Shown here: positions 40,271 to 54,347 of the stretch, piece after piece
Layout: each line of letters opens with the position of its first letter
Numbering within the stretch: the stretch's first letter is position 1
DNA from: Octopus sinensis
Lineage: Eukaryota
Reading direction: 5' to 3'
NCBI RefSeq assembly: GCF_006345805.1
Contig: NC_043014.1
Span: 17,980,001 to 18,044,000, forward strand
Length of the DNA stretch: 64,000 bases
Notes under the pieces: generated by a model
The model's database searches: none
The model's input: only the letters and a program-made list of their open reading frames with translations
Told to the model about the DNA's origin: nothing
Made by a program: the position numbers and the translations under genes

Positions 40271-40332
40271 GATACATACATACATACTTACATACATACA
40301 TACATGCATGCATGCATGCATACATACATACA

Positions 40333-40361
<29 letters not shown>

Positions 40362-40363
<2 letters not shown>

Positions 40364-40592
40364 TTCTTCACTACCCACAAGGGGCTAAACATAGAGGGGA
40401 CAAACAAGGAGAGGCAAAGGGATTAAGTCGATTATATCGACTCCAGTGCGAAACTGGTACTTTATTCATCGACCCGAAAGGATGAAAGGCAAAGTCGACC
40501 TCGGCGGAATTTGAACTCTGAACGTAAGGACAGATGAAATACCGCTAAGCATTTCGCCCGGCGCGCTAACGTTTCTGCCAGCTCGCCGCCTT
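40362..40592 (-). mobile_element. SINE family A, near full length
   Basis: High identity to 5969-6201. Confidence 0.9.
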
Positions 40593-41106
40593 GTATATAC
40601 ATACATATATACATATATACATAATACATATATGGTAAAAACCATTCTTTTTATTATCCCTCTCTCTCTTTATAAATACACATACACAGACACACCCACC
40701 CGCACACACACACACACACATATAAATACGAGCAAAATGTCCCCCGTCCAGTGGACGGTGCTGAGTTGTCAAACATTTAAACCAAATTTTCTCAAAACAG
40801 CTTGTCCGACCGTCCCATAGGCCTCCCCTTTGAGAAACACTGATTTAACCTAAAGTTGAGACACCAGCAAAGGAAGAAATAAAGATAGACTTTTTTCTAT
40901 TCCAAGGAAAACGATTTTACAAATGCACGTTCCCACGGCTTTATCGATCGCATTCTCACCTGAAATCGATTTTTGTATTTTTTTAAAGTCTTATACATGC
41001 CATAATACTGTCGGTATCTACATATCAAATTTGATCGCAATCGGATGGAGGATGCCCGAGATCCTAGAAGATACACACACAGACAGAACGGATTTTATAT
41101 AATAGA

Positions 41107-41502
41107 CTAGCAGTATCGCCCGGCGTTGCACGGGTTTGTAAGGGAAATAACTATATAAGCATTTTTAGAGAGTTATAGCCAAAAAATAGGGAAAAAATGC
41201 ATTAAAAATGGAAAAAAAATTAAGGTAAATTTCTTTTTAAATCGTTGACACATCGTAGATATTTTTAGAGAGTTACTTCCCTTATATAATAGCGAAAAAA
41301 TGCATTAAAATTGAAAAATATGATGGTAAATTTTTTTAAATCGTAGACTCATCGTAGACGCGCGCTAATACCCAGAAGGGCTCGATATGACTCACGACTA
41401 TAAGATACCCAGTTTTGGTTACACTGCACCGCAAAATGTGGGAGTAGTTACGAATCTAAATCGTAGGAGACAGACACACAACTTCACTCTTATATATAAA
41501 GA
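41107..41502 (-). mobile_element. Non-autonomous Helitron-like element
   Basis: Minus strand 5' TCTTTATATATAAG, 3' hairpin cccgtgcaacgccggg then CTAG. The 3' end is shared with 53315-53684 and 57336-57714. Confidence 0.75.
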
Positions 41503-41611
41503 TATAAGTCACGTAGTTATATACACATACTTTGTTATATACACATTCTTAAAAGAAAATGTTATTTTGAATACAACATTTATAAAGAATAAAATATTTT
41601 TTGGTTTTTCT

Positions 41612-42330
41612 TAACTCTTTCGTTACTATATTTCTGACCAAAATACACCCCTTATGTGTTTCAATTAATTTCTAACGTAATCATAAATTTAGTCTGGTTT
41701 CATTAAACAACAATAACTTTTTTATTTATCGATATATTAATGTGATTTTTGGAAGATAATTTAATGAAATGTCCTCAACCAATTCTATACTATAATTTTT
41801 GTCACAGAGTGACTCTAATTGCAGGTAGATACAGGTAAATTCAACAATATATAAAATTATTAAAATTTTGTTCAAACATTGCTATAGAAAATGGGTTATT
41901 AGCTAATATTCAATTGGGTATACAACAAAATTTTACGATAGAATTTGTTATTCTGGGTAACTTTCTGATACCCATAATAATATTTATGGCAAAATAGGCC
42001 TTAATTTCATTTAAGGTTGTGGGAAATAACAAACTATCCTTTCTTTCGCTTTGTTTACGTTTAGCGTAACGGTTCGTTTCCGCTGTATATGATTTCAAAT
42101 AGGCTCATTCGAAAAAGTAAAACGAAATAGTTTAAGGCTTTACTCTTCTGGGAAAGTCTGTGGCTTGGTGCAGTTTCTTCAGAAAAATCACCGAAAGAAA
42201 CAGTTTTTAAATTTTCACTCCATTCAGGTACCAATTCATTTTCTTAATCGCTGTCGGATTCACTGTTTTCACTTTAATAGCTGCAAACTTGCAAAGACAA
42301 AGGAGGAGAAGGGTGATAGCGTCAGTGAAA
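41612..42330 (-). mobile_element. piggyBac (PGBD-like) transposase relic
   Basis: Minus strand PEWSENL...KALNYFVYFF...AETNRYAKR...PTTLNEIKAYFAINIIMGIRKLP. TTAA-ctctttcgttac terminus-like sequence at ~41612. Only one end seen. Confidence 0.7.
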
Positions 42331-42639
42331 CAGTTCGCTCCGTTTGTGTGTGCGTGCGTTTGCGTGTGGTGTATCCCACACTAAGAAAAACATTTGACAT
42401 ATACACCAGAATGTGAGTTTTCTCTAAATTTTGCTTAATTGGGGTTGAAATTTTGAAAACTGGACCTGTCACGACCCGATGCATTCTACTCTTAAAAATG
42501 CTAGGTAAATTGTAATTGAAGAAATCCTATATTGTAGATTTCTATAAGATACAAAGGGAGGCAGATAAAATCTGCCTTTTATAATAAGAGATACAAAGGG
42601 AGGCAGATAAAATCTGCCTTTTATAATAAGAGATATGAC

Positions 42640-42900
42640 ATGGTGTCTGTTCCTTGCAGAGTTTGACCTCATCCTGTACTTATAATTGCTCTTTCCCTGT
42701 GTAAGATCTTAAATGACTTTTGAGTTCTGAAAGGCGGTTGAAGAACTGATAACATATATTGCAACAATGTCTTATTTCAGCATTGGATCCATTTTCCGCA
42801 TATTTATTATCAAAATTCAAGTGCTGTTCCAATCCTCCACTTGACTTGCAGGTTTTTTTGAAAACATTACTTTGTACCTGGAAATCCGGAATGAAATTCC
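42640..42900 (-). pseudogene. C2H2 zinc-finger-like fragment (paralog of 39545-39745)
   Basis: ORF 42680..42961 contains KTCKSSGGLEQHL and CNICYQFFNRLSELKSHLRSYTGKE. Confidence 0.5.
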
Positions 42901-44145
42901 AGTAGTTCATACGTGTATGCGTGTGTGGTGTGTGCATAAGTGTGTACATCTTTGTTTCCACATTCCACCGCCAGTCAATTACTGTTGGTTTATTTACGTT
43001 CCGATGACTTATGTGTTCGGCAAAAGGTACTGATAGAATAAGTACTAGGCTCTAAAAATAACTACTGGAATTGATTTGTTCAACTAAACACTTCAAGGTG
43101 GTGCTCCAGCATGGCTCAAGTTTAATGATTGACATAAGTAAAAGATAAAAGATAAAATACGGATATTGGAGCTGGTTTAAATAATATATTTCTTAGAAGA
43201 ATCGCAACCTCTTGAATATCTCGGTGCCCCTCAAAACATCCTCTTTGCATTTGCTTTCCCGCCCCACCTTTTTAATCTCACAACGACCAACTTTAAAACC
43301 ACTGCTTTGGATTGACTTTAATTATTGAACCATACTGGACACATAGACTTCCTGATAATGTCTTCCATACACTGAATTAGCCAATGATAACAAGTAGGGA
43401 GATGCGGATTAAGGAAGCCGTAATTACAACAGTTTCTTCCCCTCCACCTCACAGTAATGAGAATTCAGACAACAGCAACCCAATGAAGAAAGTCCTACCT
43501 CCTCGCTGCTCACTTTGCAACCAATTCTACATTGCACAAACTTTGGATCCCCATGCGGCATTTGCGAATATATATTCGCATAAGATGTAGAGTTTATACA
43601 TATTTACTTGAATATTCATTTTACAGGTGAAAACCATCTGTGTAATTTCTTAGAACACTGAATATGTGCTCTTGATGAAGTTTACAATAAGAATCGATTT
43701 CACCTGATTCACACAGAAACATACATATGCAAACACAATGAAGTGGGAGTGAGTATGAGTATACAAGCGGGCGCGCGGTTGTAATTGTGTTATAGAACGA
43801 GATGGGTGGTAAGATAGAGAGAGATGATTCACTGAAAGAAAGCGAGTGAGAGAGTGGGGGAGAGCGAGTGCAAAAGAGGGCAAAATGCTTGCGTTCTTCA
43901 TTCGTCCGCGTGAATATCCGCTTGCATGAACTAAAGACAGTGAGACAGACAAACGGTTAGGTAGGTAGGTGTTTAGGTAGGTAGGTATATATGTAGGTAG
44001 GTAGGTTGATGGGTAGGTAGGTTAGTAGGTAGGTCGGTAGATAGGTAGGTTGGTAGGTAGGTAGGTAGGTTGGTAGTAGGTAGGTAGATAAATAGATAGA
44101 TAAACAAACGGATAGATAAATAGACCGATAGACAGACAAACTGAC

Positions 44146-44188
<43 letters not shown>

Positions 44189-44732
44189 AACAGAGAGTGA
44201 AAAGGGACACAGAAAGTTCGGGAGATAGAGATAGCGAGGGAGAAAAAAAACGAAATGTATTTTGATAAAGGAAAGTAAATATAATGATGAATGGATTTGG
44301 GAGAAGTTGACATGAATAAAGAGATTAGGAAGGTAAGATTTGTGGGTTGGTTTAACAATAGCTGGTAGTTTCAAGGAAGGCTGATACATAGAGCAAACTG
44401 AATGGTGTGAATAAATAATAGATAGGTATTACATTGAATATGTCTAGTGATACCGAGAGTCGGGTCGGGTATTGAGGTGTGGGTGCATATATGGATATGT
44501 GAGAACGCAAATATGATTGTGTGGTTAAGAAAGTAACTTCGCAACCACGTGCATCTGGATTCGGCCTCCACTGTACCTTGGGAGATTGTCTTTTACAATT
44601 ACCTATGAATTGTTGTGGATAGAATTTGTGTAGCAATTACATGCTTTCTTATACTTTGCTGCCTACTTCATATGATCACAAACGCGCGCGCACGCTAATA
44701 CTCATTATCACGTTTATAAATGTATATATCTA

Positions 44733-45690
44733 TTGGGTTGGCAACTAAATTCCCGCCGTTTTTTCAAATTTTGGAATTTATTGCGTTTAAAATTTGGGAA
44801 TCTATTTTTTTTTTCAAGAATTCTATTTTTGAATCATTCTGGAGTCTATTGTGTTCTTTTTTTCTTTCGAGTTAATTTTAGTTAATTTTTGTTCATTTTC
44901 AGATCATTAAACTGGAATGCCAAGTTAAGGAAAACGAGTATTTTCGACACCTCCATCTTTTTACTTTTAATCAAGGTTCTAAGGGTGCAAAAGCTGCTCG
45001 CGACATTTGTGCAGTGTATGGAGAGGGTGCCATAGCTGAAAGAACCGCTCGTGATTGGTATGCCAAGTTCAACAATGGAAATTTTGATCTCAAAGAAGCA
45101 CCTCATTGCGGCTGTCCAGTTTATTTCAGTGAAGAGCGATTAAACCAACTTTGCACGAAAATTTTCGTCAAACGACAAGGGAACTGGCAGAGAAAATGGA
45201 ATGCTTCCACACTGCTATAGAGAAGCATCTTTATTCGATGGGAAAGTTTCAGAAGTATGGAGCATGGGTTCTGCATGCTTTAAGTGACAACAACCATAAT
45301 CAACGAGCCACAATCTCCGCTGGTTTGGTTGCTCATCACCGTTCAACTCATGGTCACAAGCGACGATTTCTTTACCGAATCGTTAATTGCGACGAAAAAT
45401 GGTGCCTGTACATCAATATGAAGCAGCGTAAGGAATGGCTCAGCCCCGGTATACTAGCAACACCACGCGTGAAACATGACCTTCATCCGCGTAAAATGAT
45501 GTTGTGCATATGGTGGGATTGGGAAGGGATTATCCATTACGAATTGCTTGAACTGAACCAAACAGTCAACGCAGAACTCTATGCTCAACAGATGAACTAC
45601 TCAACGCGGCTATTCAAGAGAAAATACCTAATCGGCAGCATGGAGTTCTTCCGCTGCACGACAGCACCCGCCCTCATATCACCAAACACA
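44733..45690 (+). mobile_element. Mariner transposon relic, 3'-truncated
   Basis: TA + ttgggttggcaactaa TIR. Transposase relic from ~44912 with WVLHAL, NCDEKW, HPRKMMLCIWWD and LHDSTRPH across frameshifts. Confidence 0.9.
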
Positions 45691-46830
45691 GACACACAAA
45701 CATATATACACACACACACATACGCATATATATATGAATGAAGAAGACATAATCTTATAGATTTTCGGTGGTAATTTAGCTCAATAGAGCAGCAAAGTTA
45801 ATCACATCTATATTTACTATCATTCACACAAGGATATAGACACATTACTGCAGTACTTACAATGTAATACTCATCAAAATCATGGTGTTACCGCCACCGT
45901 TTGTTACAAGCAGGAACGAGCAAGTTTTCCCAAAAGTGCATTTGATGTTCTTCTGCACTTAGTCAATTCAAATAAGCTGCATCCTAGTTATAACCACTTC
46001 ATCTTTATGTGTATAAGGGACTATATTATTCAATGTTCTTTCTTACTTTGAAAAGAAACAGAACATCAGTTGAGTTAAATATTGAAGTTATTTCCTTCCG
46101 TACATGAAAGACGCCTTGTCTAACGCGTCCTTCCATTTTTAATATTTTAGGGAGATATAACAGTTATTCTAAATTGATCGAACAATTTCAGAAAGACCCT
46201 TCATTGTCTCGCAGTATTTATAAGGTGAGTGATGTGACACATACGGTCTTAATTGACCACAGAAGGTGCTGAAAATCTTTCCAGTTAAGTTGTTGGGGTA
46301 TCTAGATATCGAGAGATATAACTAACTTGAGATTGAAGGGATGACCCTGAAAATAATATTCTGATCTTCGTTATAGCAGCCAGGATTGGAACAGACGGCG
46401 AGACAAGAGAGCAGCCAGTCAACAGTACGTGGGGATTATAAGAGGAAAAAAATCGGAAAAATTTTAAGGAGTTTTACATCCAAAAGTATTTCATGGCTCT
46501 AGAAATGAATATTCTAAGCGTACACAATACATACATACACATTCATCTATATGAACAAATATATATTCACACAAACATTCATACATAAATACACATGTAC
46601 TCACATATATATGAACATATATACATATACATATACATAGGTGTGTATATGTATGTGAGTGTGTGTAAGTGCGAGGTATGAGTGTCGTTATTTGACACCG
46701 GAGTATTTGCGTTCGGCTTTCTCCAGCTTAAGTACGGGATCAAGGCGATTTCGTTTACATTTCCAGATTATACTTCCATACATAAATACATACATGCACA
46801 TCTCTCTCCTCTCTCTCTCTCTCTCCCTCA

Positions 46831-46864
<34 letters not shown>

Positions 46865-46886
<22 letters not shown>

Positions 46887-47836
46887 TTGTATATATGGTG
46901 TGTATATATGTATATGTTTATGTATATATATATATATGTTGCTGTGTGGTGTGTGTGTAGATATTTGTGTATTTATATATATAAACATATATGCACTGAT
47001 TAGATATAATATATCTACAATCTATATATATATATATACTATATATATATATATATATGTATATCCCTATACATATATATATTATATATATATATATATA
47101 TATGTGTATGTATGCATATGTATACCTATATACGCATACACACAGACACACACAGAGAATATAAATAGAACTTTATATGCACATCACATACATGAGAATG
47201 TTATATAAACCCATTACATTAACACGTTCACAGGTATATGTGAGTACAACACAACGCACTGTTTATACGAAAAATGCAAAATCCTGCAAGCGGGCGCGCG
47301 TACCCCCACCCCAAAAGATCTATCATTTATTTGCAATCACTTTAATAAACATTTATTATATATATATGTAAATGTATATAAATATATATATTAACCTTCA
47401 TGTACGTGCTCTTTCTCTCTCATATATTCCTACAAACATACGGCACTCATCAACATTTTCAACATCATCAACACACCTCCTTAATCTTTCGCTGAACGCT
47501 GAGAAGCCTATTTTATAGAGGAACATTGAGTTCCTAAAGGAAATTCGAATAACACGTATGTACAACTGGCACGGAAGGAGTCAGCTAGACTACATTTTGG
47601 ATGTGTGTGTATGTGTGTTTCTATAGTGTGTATTTATAAAGTGTCTAGTACATATACATACATGAATATATGTATGTATGTATATATATATACATATTTG
47701 TATATATGTGTGTGTATATATGTATATGTTTATGTATATATATATATATGTTGCTGTGTGTGTGTTTGTGGTGTAGATATTTGTGTATTTATATATATAA
47801 ACATATATGCACTGATATAGATATATATATATCTAC

Positions 47837-47867
<31 letters not shown>

Positions 47868-47882
47868 CTATGTATAACATCC

Positions 47883-47922
<40 letters not shown>

Positions 47923-48510
47923 ATGTATGCATATGTATACCTATATACGCATACACACAGACACACACAGAGAATATAAATAGAACTTTATATGCACATC
48001 ACATACATGAGAATGTTATATAAACCCATTACATTAACACGTTCACAGGTATATGTGAGTACAACACAACGCACTGTTTATACGAAAAATGCAAAATCCC
48101 TGCAAGCGGGCGCGCGTACCCCCACCCCAAAAGATCTATACATTTATTTGCAATCACTTTAATAAAGATTTATATTTATATATATATGTAAATGTATATA
48201 AATATATAATATTAACATTCATGTACGTGCTCTTTCTCTCTCATATATTCCTACAAACATACGGCATCATCAACATTTTCAACATCATCAACACACCTCC
48301 TTAATCTTTCGCTGAACGCTGAGAAGCCATATTTTATAGAGGAACATTGAGTTCCTAAAGGGAAATTCGAATAACACGTATGTTACAACTGGCACGGAAG
48401 GAGTCAGCTAGACTACATTTTGGATGTGTGTGTATGTGTGTTTCTATATGTGTGTATTTATAAAGTGTCTAGTACATATACATACATGAATATATGTATG
48501 TATGTATATA
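46865..48510. repeat. Tandem duplication, unit ~815-825 bp, two copies
   Basis: ORFs ending HENVI* at 47208 and 48023 (offset 815). The unique middle segment is repeated with small indels. Confidence 0.9.
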
Positions 48511-48701
48511 TAATATATATATATATATTATATATATATATGTTGATATATATATATATATAAGTATATATATATATATGTGTGTGTGTATATATATATA
48601 TGTATATATATATACTATATATATATATAATATATATATATATACACATATATATATACACACACACATATATATATATATATACTTATATATATATATA
48701 T

Positions 48702-48751
<50 letters not shown>

Positions 48752-49246
48752 CGTATATAAACGTATATTAATCTAACTATGGATATATATGTACATAAAT
48801 ACCCATATATTTTCATTTATACATACATATGGATGGATGGATGTATCTGTGTGTGTAAATATGTATATGTTATGTATATAAAGTGAGAGTTGTGATAAAT
48901 ACGGCTATGTTTGACCAAGGAGATATTGAACATATTTACAGTTAAGTTGTGGGGAAATCTAGATCCCGTGAGGTATAACTAGCGATTGGTGCGATGAAAA
49001 TATATATGTTTATCCTTATATATATATATATATAATCGAGTGAGACGAATAGTTAGAGCCTCGAGAAATACGATTTCTTCTGTTTGATCCAGCTCTATAT
49101 TTATTCAGTTTAAGTCGTACCGTGATCAACTTTACCTTTGATTCCTCCGGGAGCAACGATATTAAACTAACAGGCTAGTACAAGGGACGATGATATCAAC
49201 GAACTCCCTCAGTAATAATACGTGTATGTGTATGCGTGTATGTACT

Positions 49247-49643
49247 CGCAGGAGTGACTGTGTGGTAAGTAGCTTGTCTACCAACCACATGGTTCCGGGT
49301 TCAGTCCCACTGCGTGACACCTTGGGCAAGTGTCTTCTACTATAGCCTCAGGCCGACCGAAGCCTTGTGAGTGGATTTGGTAGACGGAAACTGAAAAAGC
49401 CCATCGTATATATGTATATATATATGCGTGTGTGTGTTTGTGTGTCTGTATTTGTCCCCCTAGCATTGCTGGTGTGTTTATGTCCCTGTTACTTAGCGGT
49501 TCGGCAAAAGAGACCGATAAAATAAGTACTGGGCTTACAAAAGAATAAGTCCCGGGGTCGAGTTGCTTCATTAAAGGCGGTGCTCCAGCATGGCCGCAGA
49601 CAAATGACTGAAACAAGTAAAAGAGAGTAAAAGAGTAAGAGTA
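49247..49643 (+). mobile_element. SINE family B, full length with internal TA/TG tract
   Basis: tRNA-like head, ccttgggcaagtgtc core, (gagtaaaa)n tail. Used as the in-window reference copy. Confidence 0.9.
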
Positions 49644-49834
49644 TATGTGTGTTTGTTTGTATTTATGTATATAGGTTCAGCAAAGCTAAATGGTGAAGTG
49701 GTTTGCTTTACAATCATGAATCCTCGGTTCAAGTTCTCTACGTGGTATCTTGCGTTAAATTATCTCCGACAGCTTCGGGTCGACGAATACCTGGTAACTA
49801 TAAAAAAAATAATAAATGCGCCCTTTTAAAGCCT

Positions 49835-50063
49835 AGCCATGCTCATGGTCCTGGTTTCCCGGTTTCTATGGCGTATGTGATCCCCAGCTGGACGGGACGC
49901 CAGTCCATCGCAGCATTACTCATTTTTGCCAGGTGAGTGGACTGGAGCAACGTAAAATGAAGTGTTTTGCTCAAGAACACAACGCGTCGCCCGGTCCAGG
50001 AATCGAAACCACAATCTTACGATCAAGATGCTGACACCCTAACCACTAAGCGACGCGCCTCCG
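49835..50063 (-). mobile_element. SINE family F (another copy at 51325-51560, plus)
   Basis: Minus strand ggcgcgtcgcttagtggttagg A box and gtttcgattcc B box. Confidence 0.8.
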
Positions 50064-52180
50064 CACCTGGTAACTATATAGAAGTTAATAAAATGGTAAC
50101 TATATAGAAGCCCGTCAGATGGGCTGTACCTGTAATTCAACTGTCCATCTTCGTCACAAATTTTGACAAACAGTACTACATACTGTTGGACATATAAACT
50201 TCAACTACAACCTTTCTATAAACGGATGCGATGAATGACCAATGTTCTCAATTATTGTGAAGCAATGAAGCAATGTTACCTTCTAAAATGATCGCTGCCT
50301 CTACAGTTAATCGCCAAAAGAATTTCACTTGTTTCACAGAACAAGCACAACAATGCCTCAACCGAAGACTTGTTTCATATATTGAATATTTAAAAAAGAG
50401 AAGTAGTTCTTAATAACTAAAAATATTGCCTATTCTGTTTCAACCAACCCAGAGGCTTTGCAAGCCCTCAATGTTTGTACTGGTCTCACCAAATCTCTCA
50501 GTAAGTGTTAATGACATTTTCAAGAAACTTCCTAAAGTTTTGGGGGTTCTAAAACCCATAAAGGTCTCTGAAAATCTTCCAAGAGTGTTCCATGCCATCA
50601 CATCTAGGCTCATATATCTTTGTAGACCCACCCAACTTGGATTCAAATTGAAATTGTACAATTTGATAGATGTAAACAGATAATGAAAATATCGGAGTAG
50701 CGAGAAAATATGAAAACTGAATGTGGTGGATATCCAGTACTGTATGGATAACGATACAAGGGGAGTTGAATATATAATGAGAACTATCATACGATTAATG
50801 ATAGCTTATTTATACAGTGAAGTGGAAAGCGTACAGTAGAAATGATAGAAGGATACAAGACATAAGCGAGTAGTCGTAATATATTAGTGAATGAATGCTT
50901 GTCTAATTATCAGATAGAGCTGTTTGCTTTGGTGGTGCATACTAACTTGTTTGTGTATATATTCATGGTTACGTAGGTGTATATACATCTGAATATGTGT
51001 CTATATGATGTATATGACTTACTGTTGTTGTATATATATCCATAACCGAGCATATCTACGAACAAATGCATTCCATCCTTGACAATTATTTTACATCCAT
51101 AGCCGCAGTGTTTAATGTGCTCTCGTCTTGAAGACGGAAAATTATGATCCAAGGAAACATTTGGCTGCTATTTTAGTAGTTTCAGTGACCGTGTCATAGC
51201 TCCTATATATATAGGTTGTTTATATGTATGAGTGAATAAAGAAGGTTGATACTACGATTTTGTTGTTGTTTAACCCATGATCAGCCGTTATCAACCATTC
51301 CTGTGTATGGTATCTGTATAGTGGAAGCACGTGCCTTAGTGGTTAGGGCATTGTATTTATGATCGTAAGATTGTGGTTTCATTCCTGTACCGGGCGGCGC
51401 AATGTGTTCTTGGGAAAACACTTCATTTTACGTTGCTCCAGTTCACTCAGCTGGCAAGAATAAGTAAACCTGCGATGGACCGGCGTCCCGTCCAGGTGGA
51501 GAATATATATGTCATGAAACTAGGAGATCGGCCATTATGAGTCGATATGACTCGAAAAAGTAACATTACCTTTTTCTTTTTGTGTGTGTGTCTCGGTATG
51601 AGTATATGGGTTGTTATGAATATACGTATATATAAATATATGTTTCAGTGTATGAGCATTTGTAAGCATGGTGTGTGAATGTACATGTAATATGAACTCG
51701 AGTGCGTGTATATGTGGGCATGAATTTATATCGGAATATAGTAAACTATAAAGTAATATTTCTCGAAATGAATTCCAGAAAATCTTAGAATTTTCTTGAA
51801 AACATCTAAGATCTCATGAAATAAAATGCTTTTTTAAAATAAGTTTATGTTTTTGAACAAATAATATCTCCTCAGACATTACTTCATATGAATAATTTTC
51901 CTACCAGAGTTGTCCGTAAAATATAGCAATGGTTTCTGTGAATTTTCGAAAAGCGCATAAAGGTTCTGTAATATAACAATTTAAGGAACCACAACCTTAT
52001 GACACAAACAAAAGTGTATAATAAGCTCCAAAATAGAAAGGCTAGTTCCAAATTTCTTCGTGAATTTCTGGCGAGATGGACTGAAAAGGCCAGAGCAAAC
52101 AAAGGTGAATGAGAATAGATGTTGATTGACGTAAGAAGTTGTATTTTTTTGTATCGTGATAAAATAACTTAATTCGTTTT

Positions 52181-52460
52181 ATTTACATTATTTACATTCG
52201 ACAGATATTTGTCCTCATCTTGTTTGTTGTTAACACAACATTTCGGCTGATATACTCTCCAGCCTTCTTCGGGTGTCTTGGGGAAATTTCGAACCTGGAT
52301 TCTCATTCCTTAGGTAATTTCCCAAGACACCTGAAGAAGGCTGGAGGGTATATCAGCCGAAACGTTGTGTTAACAACACTCAAAATGATGACAAATATCC
52401 GTCGAATGTAAATAATGTAAATAATGTACATAATTCCTCATCTCTTAAATATAGAACTGC
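52181..52460. mobile_element. Divergent inverted pair of hammerhead-bearing element halves
   Basis: Left half 52181-52318 is minus sense and right half 52316-52460 is plus sense, joined at an aattt microhomology. Same family as 11889-12072. Confidence 0.85.
52326..52371 (+). ncRNA. Minimal type I hammerhead ribozyme (intact core). The mirror copy at 52232-52277 (-) has U4C and a broken palindrome.
   Basis: GACAC CUGAAGA A GGCUG-loop-CAGCC GAAA CG UU GUGUU. Confidence 0.8.
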
Positions 52461-53107
52461 TCGTTCGTTTTATTCATTTATTTTAATCCTTTCTAATATT
52501 ATCTGAACTAACGCGAAAAACACTTCTGTCGTTGCGTTTTATGGTCCTTTGGAGCTCTATTTTTTCCTCTACAACCTCTGTTTATCGATTTTTAAATTTC
52601 AAGCGCTTTTACCTCTTTTCAAACACAGGAAGATAGAATGCAAATTAGAAAAAAAAGAAAATAAACGAACGAATTTATCTAACAACGCAATAAATATGCT
52701 AGTAGTTTAGATAAATCCATTGACACGTTTTGCATAAAATGGTAAAGGAAATCAAAGGCATGGCTGTCTTGGGAAGTGGTAGACAGGGTATTGGTCCGAC
52801 AGAATCCATGAATCTAGAAGTTCAATGCCCAAATGCTTATGCTGTGAGTTACAGTCTGTGAATAAAAGCATACTGTGGATCATGCAGTGTTACTTTATCC
52901 TTTATTATATAATACAATAAATAAGGCTGCAAACAAAGGTGCAACAGAAATATATGTATTTATGTATATGAGTATGTATATATTAACGAATGCATGTATG
53001 TGTGTAGACATATGCGTATGTATGTATATATGTATATATGTATGTATATATAATATATATAATATATATAAATAATATTTATATATTTATTTATTTATAT
53101 GTGTGGG

Positions 53108-53800
53108 TGTAGGCGCACGCGCGTGCGGCAAGAAGCTTGCTTCCCAACCATATGGTTCTAGGCTGACTTCTTCTGCGTGGCATCTTCAGCAAGTGTCTTC
53201 TACTATAGCCTCGGTCTGAGCAAAACCTTGTGAGTGCATTTGATAGACGGAAACTGAAAGAAGACCCTCGTATATATATATATACATATATATACAAGGG
53301 TATATATATATATACTAGCAGTATCGCCGGCGTTGCTCAGGTTTGTAAGGAAATAACTATAAAGCATTTTTAGAGAGTTAGCCAAAAAATAGCAAAAAAA
53401 TGGAAAAAAAATGATGGTAATTTTTTTTGAGAGTTAAAAAGGTGGAGTTGCGTCCCTAGACGGTCTGTGGTTTAGGTTTCTGATTCTCGACCCCATGTCG
53501 AATTTATCGATTTTTTTCAGAACTGGGGGAACTTTTCAAATTTTCGCTGCGTTAGTTTTGAATTATGACATTGGGCTATGTGTTTGTCAAGTTTCATCAG
53601 AATCGGTTGAAAGCCTGGTCAGGGTGAGGGTACAAGCAAACAGACACACAGAAACACGCACACAAACTGCCGTTTATATATAGATATATCTATATATATA
53701 TTGTGTGTGTGTGTGTGTGTGTGTCACACACTACCGCTTGACAACCGGTGTTGGTGAGTCTACATCCCCGTAAAGTAGCAGTTTGGCAAACTTGTATTAT
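53108..53800 (+). mobile_element. SINE family B interrupted by a Helitron-like element in its internal TA tract
   Basis: 5' half 53108-53275 and 3' part ~53700-53800. Confidence 0.7.
53315..53684 (-). mobile_element. Non-autonomous Helitron-like element (same family as 57336-57714)
   Basis: Reverse complement of 57336-57714, with 5' TC, 3' hairpin and CTAG. Confidence 0.8.
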
Positions 53801-53826
53801 AGAATCCAAGAGGTTAAATTAAATAA

Positions 53827-53926
53827 NNNNNNNNNNNNNNNNNNNNNNNNNNNNNNNNNNNNNNNNNNNNNNNNNNNNNNNNNNNNNNNNNNNNNNNNNN
53901 NNNNNNNNNNNNNNNNNNNNNNNNNN
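53827..53926. other. Assembly gap (100 N)
   Basis: Run of n. Confidence 0.99.
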
Positions 53927-54157
53927 GTCGTCTAGTAGACCACATGTGCAACGTACGCTGCCGACTGACTACATATACAGATTGTTGTTGTGTTGATTCG
54001 TAAGAAGCGAGCTATCGACCGACCGACCGACCGACCATCCGCCCGCCCGTCCGTCAGCCTGAATGTCTGTGTCTCTCTTTCTCTGCCTGTCTGTTTGTCT
54101 TTCTGCCTGCCAGTTTGACTTTCTTTGAAAACATTCAAGGAAAACACCCCCTCTTTG

Positions 54158-54192
<35 letters not shown>

Positions 54193-54270
54193 CCCTCCAC
54201 CCCCAATCCCCACATCCACCCACCACCCGCCGCCACCACCACCAACCACCACCACCACCAACCACAACCA

Positions 54271-54302
<32 letters not shown>

Positions 54303-54316
54303 TACTACTACTACTA

Positions 54317-54347
<31 letters not shown>

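Noticed and set aside
43384-43650. ORF with CSLC and CGIC motifs suggesting a zinc-finger exon
   Set aside because: Histidine spacing is not C2H2-like, the frame is broken and there is no clear splice context.
46100-46135. catga-aagac-gcctt-gtct-aacgcgtc resembling an eroded hammerhead
   Set aside because: It lacks GA of GAAA and the CUG of the core, and has no stem I.
50426-50790. Overlapping 85-aa and 116-aa ORFs on opposite strands in non-repetitive sequence
   Set aside because: No recognisable motif, and ORFs of this length are expected by chance.
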